A DNA stretch of 58,222 nucleotides from a virus. A program made the translations under genes and the position numbers. Positions 50,767 to 58,162 of the stretch are shown in pieces; the stretch's first letter is position 1, and every line of letters begins with the position of its first letter. The DNA is taken from the IMG/VR virus record IMGVR_UViG_3300011441_000010, one strand, 5' to 3'. The notes beneath the pieces were generated by a model. That model worked only from the letters and a program-made list of their open reading frames with translations. It ran no database searches and had not been told where the DNA came from.

Positions 50767-50770
50767 GGGG

Positions 50771-50800
50771 TAGCGCCAACCCTTAGACGACGGATAGACT
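50771..50800 (+). promoter_or_regulatory. promoter-like TAGCGC-N18-TAGACT
   Basis: GGGGTAGCGCC context is shared with 37347 and 43247. The -10-like is at 50795-50800. Confidence 0.4.
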
Positions 50801-50807
50801 GAAGTCA

Positions 50808-50841
50808 GTGGGGCTGCTCGGCCGGACCCGAGTGGCCCCAC
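50808..50841 (+). terminator. two-tier hairpin with T-rich tail (terminator or leader structure)
   Basis: GTGGGGC-TG-CTCGG-CCGGAC-CCGAG-TG-GCCCCAC followed by ATTTCTCTT. Confidence 0.55.
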
Positions 50842-50854
50842 ATTTCTCTTCCGG

Positions 50855-51058
50855 ATGGTGAGTATGCACGTGCGGCCGACGTTCTTGATGAGTCCGGGGG
50901 ACTTCGTCTCCCACATGGTTCTCCGCCACAATCAGGAGGGCGAACTAGGCGGCCAGACGACGATCAGCGAGCGCTCCGCCCGGGGCGACCGCAAGGCATG
51001 GGAGGCGTATCATGAACGCCTCCACAACACGAAGGAGTACGGCCATGACCACGAGTAA
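50855..51058 (+). CDS. small hypothetical protein (start 50855 or 50864)
   Basis: 67-aa ORF, His-rich C-terminus. Confidence 0.4.
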   Translation: MVSMHVRPTFLMSPGDFVSHMVLRHNQEGELGGQTTISERSARGDRKAWEAYHERLHNTKEYGHDHE

Positions 51059-51344
51059 GCACACCGGGGCCTGGGAAGACCCGATTGAGAACCGCACCCC
51101 GGAGCAGCGCCGCCTACGGGCGGAGCACGCCGGAGAGATCATGGCGGAACCGTTGCCCCTCAACAAGTCTTCCAGTCGTGTCCTGGCGCAGCAGTTCTAC
51201 TCCGTTCCGGACGGGAAGGCCCCCAAGCCGGGTCCGGTCGGTCGGTGGTTCGGCTACGTCCTCGGGACCGTCGTGGCGGGCGGAGTCGTGACCCTCGTCG
51301 CCATCCTGATCGGCAAGGCCATCGTCTGGGCGTGGAACCTGTGA
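51045..51344 (+). CDS. membrane-anchored hypothetical protein
   Basis: ATG 51045 after AAGGAG. C-terminal TM helix WFGYVLGTVVAGGVVTLVAILIGKAIVWAW. Confidence 0.5.
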   Translation: MTTSKHTGAWEDPIENRTPEQRRLRAEHAGEIMAEPLPLNKSSSRVLAQQFYSVPDGKAPKPGPVGRWFGYVLGTVVAGGVVTLVAILIGKAIVWAWNL

Positions 51345-52174
51345 GCCTCTTCTCCAGGAAACCCAAGCGCATCTTCATTCTCGGGTGTGGTCCGGCGGGG
51401 CTCTTCGCCGCGCAAGCCGCCGCTGAGATGGGGTGCTCGGCCGTCATCATCTCGAAGCTCCGCCGGAGCGAGATGTATGGGGCGCAGTACCTCCACTCCG
51501 AGATTCCCGGACTGACGGACGGGTCCAACCCGTTCAAGGTGGAGTACCGGCTGGAGGGAACGCTGGACTCCTACCTCACGAAGGTCTACGGGGATGTCAT
51601 CCCGGATAGATCCGCGATCACCGTCGAGTCCCTCGTGGGGACGTACGACGCATGGGACATCCGGTACGCGTACCACGCGGCCTTCACCAAGTTCATGCTC
51701 TCCATCAACGATGACCTCATCACCCCGCAGACCATGTACGACATCCTCTCCGCCCATCAGCCGGACCTGCTGATCTCGACCATTCCTGCCCCGACTCTAT
51801 GCACGATTCCGGACCAGCACGCCTTCGACGTCCGGCGGATCTGGGCGGTCGGCGATGCGCCGGAGCGCGGGGTGTTCGCTCCCAACCTGATCCAGGAGCC
51901 GAACCTCATTCAATACAACGGGGACCGGGACACCGGCTGGTACCGCGCCTCCTCGATCGCCGGGTATAAGGCGGTCGAGTGGCCTGGTCGTCGGCGACCC
52001 CCGATCTCCAACGTGGTGGCCGTCGACAAGCCGGTCAGCACGACCTGTGACTGCTGGCTCAACGCCAAGCGCACCAAGGTCATCCGGCTCGGGCGGTACG
52101 GAGCCTGGAACCGAACCGGTCACACCCACCAGGCATACTGGCGGACTCTCGACGCCATCAAGGAGATTTCATGA
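51341..52174 (+). CDS. FAD/NAD(P)-binding Rossmann-fold protein (flavin oxidoreductase/mutase-like)
   Basis: GTG 51341 (GTGA overlap). Dinucleotide-binding fingerprint RIFILGCGPAGLFAAQAAAEMG. The C-terminus VIRLGRYGAWNRTGHTHQAY resembles the closing motif of two-domain flavoproteins. Confidence 0.6.
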   Translation: MSLFSRKPKRIFILGCGPAGLFAAQAAAEMGCSAVIISKLRRSEMYGAQYLHSEIPGLTDGSNPFKVEYRLEGTLDSYLTKVYGDVIPDRSAITVESLVGTYDAWDIRYAYHAAFTKFMLSINDDLITPQTMYDILSAHQPDLLISTIPAPTLCTIPDQHAFDVRRIWAVGDAPERGVFAPNLIQEPNLIQYNGDRDTGWYRASSIAGYKAVEWPGRRRPPISNVVAVDKPVSTTCDCWLNAKRTKVIRLGRYGAWNRTGHTHQAYWRTLDAIKEIS

Positions 52175-52965
52175 ACGGTCACAAGTTCATCCCGCCGGAG
52201 CCAGTGAATGCGTGCGCCTACGTCGTGGATCTGCCCGGGAACGAGGTAGCCTGCCGTCTCCCGCTTTCCCACCCTGCTCACAAGAGCCACATCCCGCCTG
52301 CCATCCTCCATTCGGGACGGGTCGAGGCATCTACCCTCCAGCAGCTGAACGACCTTCAGCGCGAGCGCCTGGACGTGATGGGAATCATGCTGGGGGCTCT
52401 CCCGGCCGGACTTCAGCACCTCCGGGACGGCACTATGGGCAACATCGTCCGGTACTACGTCGATGAGGCTCGGAAGGTCCGGCGGCTCCAGGACGACAAC
52501 AACGACAAGAACGATCAGATCAGCCGGATGAACCGCCAGGGTGAGGCTGCCCTGAAGTACCAGAATGATCTCCAGCGACGTCTGGCCGACGCGGAGCGGT
52601 CCCTCACGGAGCTGAAGCGGTACGCCGAAGATCGTCTCAGCCCGCCCGTAGGAATGGCAGAGACGGACGATGAGGGGCATGAGGTCACCGACGTACCGGA
52701 CGCCTTCATTCAGCTCTCTATGGCAGCCCTGGAGCGGTTTGCGGAGGGCTACGCCGAGTATGGGGAGGGCGCTGCCGACGCTCTGGGGCTCGCCGGGCAG
52801 TGGGGCGACCTCCACCGCAAGGTCATGAAGCTGAAGCGATCGATGTGGCACGGAAAGGGCAACCTGACCCGGGAAACCGAGGAGGATGTGCTCCAGGACA
52901 TCATCGGGCACTGCTACCTCGCGCTGGAGATGTACTCCCGGGACTTCACCGGCGGGCGGGACTAG
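52171..52965 (+). CDS. coiled-coil protein with C-terminal DUF1599-like (nucleotide-modification-associated domain 1 / MazG-fold-like) domain
   Basis: The C-terminus YAEYGEGAADALGLAGQWGDLHRKVMKLKRSMWHG...EEDVLQDIIGHCYLALEMY follows the YG...G..G...R...K..RL...E..D...D...Y pattern. Confidence 0.5.
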   Translation: MNGHKFIPPEPVNACAYVVDLPGNEVACRLPLSHPAHKSHIPPAILHSGRVEASTLQQLNDLQRERLDVMGIMLGALPAGLQHLRDGTMGNIVRYYVDEARKVRRLQDDNNDKNDQISRMNRQGEAALKYQNDLQRRLADAERSLTELKRYAEDRLSPPVGMAETDDEGHEVTDVPDAFIQLSMAALERFAEGYAEYGEGAADALGLAGQWGDLHRKVMKLKRSMWHGKGNLTRETEEDVLQDIIGHCYLALEMYSRDFTGGRD

Positions 52966-52967
52966 TC

Positions 52968-53072
52968 ATGTTGGAGTCCCGCTGGGGTGCCGCGCTCTGG
53001 GCCGCCTGCTACGTCATTCCGGCGGGGCTCCTCACCCTCTGGACGGCATGGACTGCGATGGGAGTGTACTGA
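52968..53072 (+). CDS. possible 34-aa membrane micro-protein
   Basis: ATG 52968. MLESRWGAALWAACYVIPAGLLTLWTAWTAMGVY. The stop overlaps the next ATG (TGATG). Confidence 0.3.
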   Translation: MLESRWGAALWAACYVIPAGLLTLWTAWTAMGVY

Positions 53073-53788
53073 TGGAACCGCAAGGGGAACAAGCAGACTT
53101 CGAGCTGCGACACTGGGACGGGTCGGACGAGGATGACGCGGAGGATGAAGTGGAGTCTCCAGACAACGAGATCGTGGGGGTGGAGCAGGACAAGTGGATG
53201 AAACTCCTTGACCTGTATGGGGAAATCGATGATGAGCCTAAGTGGAGCTACCTCCGGGGACCGGGGATCAGGCTCATCAAGGGCGACGGCGAGGAGACCG
53301 CCGAGACTGCGCGGGTGATGATCGTCGGCGAGGGACCGGGGGCGGTCGACAACGGCGCAGGCAAGCCGTTCGCGGGCGGGAACGGGGAACTCCTGGAGTC
53401 CTGTCTGGAGGTCGCCGGGCTCCGGCGTGACCAGTGTTTCGTGACCAACGTGATCAAGTACCGGAGCCGGGACGGCCGACCCCCGGGCGTCGGCGAGTCG
53501 CTCATGGCACAGGATGCGATGCGACGGGAGTGGAAGATCATCAGCCCCGTCCTGACCATCGCGATCGGGGCGACTGCCCACTACATTCTGAACCCCACCC
53601 TGCTTGCCCTGACGAACTTCCACCACGGCGAGCTATGGACCTACCCAAACCGTGACGATCTCTTCGTGACCTCCATGATCCCTCCGGCTCTCGGTCTTCG
53701 CCGACCGCGCTACCGCGAGTCCATCGAGGAGTCATGGGAGACCCTGGGCAAGATGATCAATGATGTTGGTATCCGGGAGGAGATCTAG
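53072..53788 (+). CDS. uracil-DNA glycosylase superfamily (family-4-like) protein
   Basis: ATG 53072. IVGEGPGAVDNGAGKPFAGGNGELL and FVTNVIKYR motifs. Confidence 0.7.
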   Translation: MEPQGEQADFELRHWDGSDEDDAEDEVESPDNEIVGVEQDKWMKLLDLYGEIDDEPKWSYLRGPGIRLIKGDGEETAETARVMIVGEGPGAVDNGAGKPFAGGNGELLESCLEVAGLRRDQCFVTNVIKYRSRDGRPPGVGESLMAQDAMRREWKIISPVLTIAIGATAHYILNPTLLALTNFHHGELWTYPNRDDLFVTSMIPPALGLRRPRYRESIEESWETLGKMINDVGIREEI

Positions 53789-53790
53789 CC

Positions 53791-54162
53791 ATGTGGCCGT
53801 TCAGCAGACGGACGCAGAATGACACGATTGACCCTGCGGTCGTGGAGGCAATCAACGCACTCCGGTCGAAGGGGGACAAGGGCGCAATCCTCAACCGCTG
53901 CCCTAACGACGTCGCGCGGAGGTCCCTCTGCCTCCAGTGGGCGGGCGAAGCGCGGGACGCGTACTACGAAGGTCGCCGGGTCGCGATCGAGGACATGCTG
54001 CTGTCGAAGGACAGGCGCTATCGTCACATGAGCGTCGAGGTCCGCATGAAGATCGGCGAGATGAAGTGGTCCAAGTCCTTGACCTGCAAGGAGATCGTGG
54101 ACTTGGAGCAGATGTACGGGCGTTGGGCATCCATGTACTCCGGCGGACCGGGAGCGAGCTAG
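53791..54162 (+). CDS. hypothetical protein
   Basis: 123-aa ORF. Confidence 0.55.
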   Translation: MWPFSRRTQNDTIDPAVVEAINALRSKGDKGAILNRCPNDVARRSLCLQWAGEARDAYYEGRRVAIEDMLLSKDRRYRHMSVEVRMKIGEMKWSKSLTCKEIVDLEQMYGRWASMYSGGPGAS

Positions 54163-54465
54163 ATGGCATTCAAGGCCAAACGAGACGGCGAACCGTGTCC
54201 CAAGTGCAAGATCGGCATCGGAGAGGGCGAGCTGGTCCAGTGGGCCGATGCCGATCGGAAGGTCACGGAGCACGTTGATTGCCAGTCCACCGAGGAGCCG
54301 ACCGGGGAGGAGTTCGTTCGATGGGAGAATGTGACGGAGGATACCCTGGAGCGGACGGAGCGGGCAGAGCTGGAGCTGCTTCAGGTCGCTCCCCTCGGGC
54401 CGCAGGGCGTGTGCCCGAAGTGTCGGTTGGAGCTGCCCAAGTCGAAGATCTGCGGGACCTGCTGA
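54163..54465 (+). CDS. zinc-ribbon protein
   Basis: CPKCKIG...and CPKCRLELPKSKICGTC pairs. Confidence 0.55.
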   Translation: MAFKAKRDGEPCPKCKIGIGEGELVQWADADRKVTEHVDCQSTEEPTGEEFVRWENVTEDTLERTERAELELLQVAPLGPQGVCPKCRLELPKSKICGTC

Positions 54466-54569
54466 TGTTCTACTTCGGATGCGCCGTGGGGGCGATCGTC
54501 GGCTACGTCGTAGGCGGGTACTTCCTGCTGGCCTGGATCGCCAACCTTCTCGGGAACGCGGAGCTGTAG
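54465..54569 (+). CDS. possible 34-aa membrane micro-protein
   Basis: ATG 54465 (TGATG overlap). MFYFGCAVGAIVGYVVGGYFLLAWIANLLGNAEL. Confidence 0.3.
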   Translation: MFYFGCAVGAIVGYVVGGYFLLAWIANLLGNAEL

Positions 54570-54594
54570 CTGCATCATCAGCTAGTATTCACCC

Positions 54595-54996
54595 GTGGCT
54601 ACGAATGACGCGAAGTATCAGGCAGACCACAAGAGGGTCCGCGAGATGAGGGGAAAGGTTGCGGAGTATCTTTGCTCCTGCGGGGAGCAGGCTCGGGACT
54701 GGGCTCACCGGCACGAGACTGATCCTGCTATCCCGGCCAACTACGATCCCATGTGCAGGTCTTGCCATAAGGCATATGACCTTCTCGGATGGCTGAAGGA
54801 GGAGCGACAGCTGGAGCGGGATCGGATCGAATCCGGACGCTCGTTCAAGGGATGGTCTCCTGAGCGTCGTGAGGCGCAACGCCAACGGATGCTTGAGAAA
54901 TGGGGCTCTCCAGAAGAGCGAGCCAAGCAGGCGGAGCGCGCAAAACGCGATCAGCCCTGGAGGGGTCGCAGACCCCGAGGAGGTGATGCCAGGTGA
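54595..54996 (+). CDS. HNH homing-type endonuclease 2
   Basis: CSCGEQARDWAHRHETDP...YDPMCRSCHKAYD, a paralogous pattern to HNH 1. It lies immediately upstream of dnaE. Confidence 0.75.
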   Translation: MATNDAKYQADHKRVREMRGKVAEYLCSCGEQARDWAHRHETDPAIPANYDPMCRSCHKAYDLLGWLKEERQLERDRIESGRSFKGWSPERREAQRQRMLEKWGSPEERAKQAERAKRDQPWRGRRPRGGDAR

Positions 54997-54998
54997 GT

Positions 54999-55031
54999 AT
55001 GCAATTCGTTAGTCTACATCACCACACTTAA
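54999..55031 (+). CDS. dnaE: 10-codon ORF MQFVSLHHHT-stop encoding the missing N-terminal PHP H-x-H motif of DnaE (candidate recoded 5' exon of dnaE)
   Basis: ATG 54999 follows AGGTGAG. The frame is -1 relative to the main dnaE ORF, and TAA is at 55029-55031. Confidence 0.45.
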   Translation: MQFVSLHHHT

Positions 55032-55045
55032 CTACCTTCAGTTTT

Positions 55046-58000
55046 ATGGACGGTTTTGGTAGTCCCGAGGCACACTTCATGCGGGCAGCCGATCTGGGAA
55101 TCCCCGCTATCGCCGTTACCGAGCACGGCAACGTCTCTAGCCACGTCCAGGCGGAGAAGGCCGCCAAGAAGACCGGCGTGAAGGTGATCCTGGGGTTGGA
55201 GGCGTACACGGCTCTCGGCGACAAGGAGCGCCGGAAGTTTCACCTCACACTGCTGGCTATGGATGAAGCCGGGTATGCGAACCTCATGCGCATCGTCACG
55301 CGCTCCTGGGCGGAGGGGTTCTATCAGTGGCCTACGGTCTCGGGCCGGATGCTCGCCGACCACAACGAGGGGATCATCGTTCTCAGCGGCTGCAGCGATT
55401 CCCTGCTGTCGTGCTCGCTCCTGGGCGGAAAGTCGATCGACGTCGCCGACGCGTCCTGGGAGCGGGCGAAGCGAACCGCCTTGCGGTTCAAGGAATTGCT
55501 GGGGGACCGATACTATCTAGAGTGCCAGATGTTCCCCGAACTCGACCGAACTCGACAGCTCAATGCAGCTTGGGAAAGACTCAGTGAAGAGACCGGCATT
55601 CCTCTCGTCGCGACCGCAGACGTCCACTACCCCGACCCCAACGACAACGAAATGCAAGTCATCCTCCACGCTGCCGGACGGGGTGCGGGATCTGTGGCCG
55701 CCCAGGAAGCAGGCTGGGAGTACGGCATTCGACTCACGCACCCAAGCTCTGATGTCGTTGCGTATCAACGGATGTCGGCCAGCGGGCTCTCCCCTCGGGG
55801 CGCGGTGCAGGCACTGCGGAATACTGCCGTCATCGCGGATCGTTGTAACGTGGTCCTACCCAAAGCAGACCGTCTTCGCTTCCCGCTACCCGAGGGTGAG
55901 ACGGACGCTCATCGCTATATCTGGCAACAACTTCGGGAAGGGTGGGCGTATCGGGTCGCACAGGGCGCGTCGTTCCTCGTATCCAACAAGCAGCGATGCG
56001 TTGACGCAGTCAACCACGAGATGGAACAGATCACGGCAAAGGGATTCGTCGACTACTTCCTGATGATGTCGGATCTGATCATCTACGCCAAGGAGAATGG
56101 TGTAGCGGTCGGTCCCGGCCGTGGGTCGTCGGCCTCCTCCTTCGTGTGCTACCTCCTCCGGATCACCGAGGTGAACCCGCTGGAGCACCCGCTCATGCTG
56201 TTCGAGCGCTTCATGGCTCCGGACCGGTATGACCTTCCGGACATCGACACCGACTTTGACGATGAGCGACGCTCCATCGTGAAGGACTACGCGATTCGGA
56301 AGTACGGGCAGGACAAGGTCGGCAACATCAGCAACTACACCAAATACCGGGGGAAGAGCGCCCTCACAGACGTCGGCCGGGTCTTCCCGCACATCCCCAA
56401 GCATGCCATCGATACGGCCGGTAGTCTGGTGATCGAGCGGAGCGGCGGTGACTCGCGGGCGGACGCCGGACTCATGGATACCGTCGCCATGTTCCCGGTC
56501 GTCGGCGAGATCTTCGACAAGTACCCGGATCTCTGGAAGGCTGTCCGGCTCGAAGGTAACTACCGGGGCATGGGAGTGCATGCGGCTGGACTCGTGATAA
56601 CAGAGCGACCGATCGCGGAGGTCTGCGCCCAGTACACCCGGACGAAGAAGGGCGCCAACGGAGGGCCGGATGTCACCACCACCGTCGTCTCGGTCGACAA
56701 GAAGGATGGCGAGTATCTGGGCCTGATGAAGGCTGACCTCCTCGGACTCTCAACGATGGGGCTGATCCGGATCGCCATCGAGATGGCGGGTATCCCGCTC
56801 GCCCGCCTGTACGCGATGACGCTGGATGACCCGAAGACCATGAAAGCCTTTCGCGACAACGATGTTGTTGGCATCTTCCAGTTCGAAGGTCGCGCTACCC
56901 GGCTCGTGGGGCGGGAGGTCCGGCCGGATACCTTCGGCGAGATGGTGGACATCAACGGGCTCTCCCGCCCCGGGCCGCTGTTCTCCGGTACCACGGCCGA
57001 CTACATCGACATCAAGCACGGCAAGAAGCAGCTCCAGAAGGTCCACCCGCTCTGGGATGCGATCACGCTCGCGACGAAGGGGCAGGTGATCTATCAGGAG
57101 CAAGTTCTCAATGCCCTGAAGAACATCGGCATGATCCCGGTGACCCGGGTCGGCGAGATCCGCCGCATCATCTCCCAGAAGCTGGGAGAGGCTCAGTTCA
57201 ACGAGTCGGCCGGAGACTTCGTACGGGGTGCCGCGACCCACGGGATTGACGAGGAGACTGCCCTATACATGTGGGGTCGCCTAGTGACGTCGGCTACGTA
57301 CAGCTTCGTGTACGCCCACTCAGCGGCATACGCGATCATCGGGTACTGGTCGATGTGGCTCAAGATGCACCACCCCTTCGAGTTCTACGCGGCAGCGCTC
57401 CGGAAGTCCGATGAGGACAACTGGGCCAAGCTCATCAAAGACGCGGAGCGGCATGGGGTTCCCGTCCTAGGACCGCACCCGGGGCTCTCCGATCTCGACT
57501 GGACGGTTGTGGACGGATCGGTCCGAGCCGGGATTACCCAGATCAAGGGCATCGGCGGAGCGAAGGCCAACGCGCTCCTGGACTACCGGCGGAGGTACGT
57601 CGAGGAGGGCGGAGACCTCGCCGAGATGACTGTGGATGATCTCATCAACGTCAAGGGCATCGGTCCTGCCATTATGGGGAAGATCAAGGAGATTGACCCC
57701 GGAGACCCATTCGGTCTCCTGCGGATTGGGAGGATTCTGCGCAGGGTCCGGGAAGCCATAGACGTAGGGGAACTCCCGCTCAGACGCCCTACGCATACGA
57801 GCGATGAGGTACTAGACGCAGGACCCGGAGAGCGAGTAGTCTTCGTTGGTCTGGTCCGGATGAAGGAGTTCAAGGACTTCATCGAGGACGAGCGAGCGCG
57901 GACTGGCGATGACTTGGAAGCCATCAAGGCCCGCATGAAATCCCCCGACAAACCAACGGGGTGCGTCCTGCACTGCTACGACGACGGAGACGAAGACGTC

Positions 58001-58162
58001 TACATCCGGATCCACCGGACGCTCTACCCCAAGTTCAAGCGGGACTTGGAGGACATCCAGCCGGATCACCACGTGATTCTGGCCGTAGGCAAGAAGTCCC
58101 GGAACACATTCGGGGCGTCGGTCTACGTCGATCGGCTCTACTACTTCGACCCCCGGGAGTGA
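55046..58162 (+). CDS. dnaE: DNA polymerase III alpha subunit (DnaE-type). The N-terminus as tracked appears truncated
   Basis: 1038 aa. PHP domain (AIAVTEHGN...), polymerase core, and HhH region (GIGPAIMGKI). The 3' end lies in the terminal repeat. Confidence 0.9.
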   Translation: MDGFGSPEAHFMRAADLGIPAIAVTEHGNVSSHVQAEKAAKKTGVKVILGLEAYTALGDKERRKFHLTLLAMDEAGYANLMRIVTRSWAEGFYQWPTVSGRMLADHNEGIIVLSGCSDSLLSCSLLGGKSIDVADASWERAKRTALRFKELLGDRYYLECQMFPELDRTRQLNAAWERLSEETGIPLVATADVHYPDPNDNEMQVILHAAGRGAGSVAAQEAGWEYGIRLTHPSSDVVAYQRMSASGLSPRGAVQALRNTAVIADRCNVVLPKADRLRFPLPEGETDAHRYIWQQLREGWAYRVAQGASFLVSNKQRCVDAVNHEMEQITAKGFVDYFLMMSDLIIYAKENGVAVGPGRGSSASSFVCYLLRITEVNPLEHPLMLFERFMAPDRYDLPDIDTDFDDERRSIVKDYAIRKYGQDKVGNISNYTKYRGKSALTDVGRVFPHIPKHAIDTAGSLVIERSGGDSRADAGLMDTVAMFPVVGEIFDKYPDLWKAVRLEGNYRGMGVHAAGLVITERPIAEVCAQYTRTKKGANGGPDVTTTVVSVDKKDGEYLGLMKADLLGLSTMGLIRIAIEMAGIPLARLYAMTLDDPKTMKAFRDNDVVGIFQFEGRATRLVGREVRPDTFGEMVDINGLSRPGPLFSGTTADYIDIKHGKKQLQKVHPLWDAITLATKGQVIYQEQVLNALKNIGMIPVTRVGEIRRIISQKLGEAQFNESAGDFVRGAATHGIDEETALYMWGRLVTSATYSFVYAHSAAYAIIGYWSMWLKMHHPFEFYAAALRKSDEDNWAKLIKDAERHGVPVLGPHPGLSDLDWTVVDGSVRAGITQIKGIGGAKANALLDYRRRYVEEGGDLAEMTVDDLINVKGIGPAIMGKIKEIDPGDPFGLLRIGRILRRVREAIDVGELPLRRPTHTSDEVLDAGPGERVVFVGLVRMKEFKDFIEDERARTGDDLEAIKARMKSPDKPTGCVLHCYDDGDEDVYIRIHRTLYPKFKRDLEDIQPDHHVILAVGKKSRNTFGASVYVDRLYYFDPRE

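Noticed and set aside
43293-55048. The expanded-anticodon-loop tRNA-like genes might decode the 8-nt gap in dnaE (TAAC TACC) as two quadruplets
   Set aside because: The quadruplet anticodons needed (GUUA, GGUA) are not present in either loop (AGAUCUCG or CGGAUAAG). The matched ACT/ACT hop explains the junction more simply.
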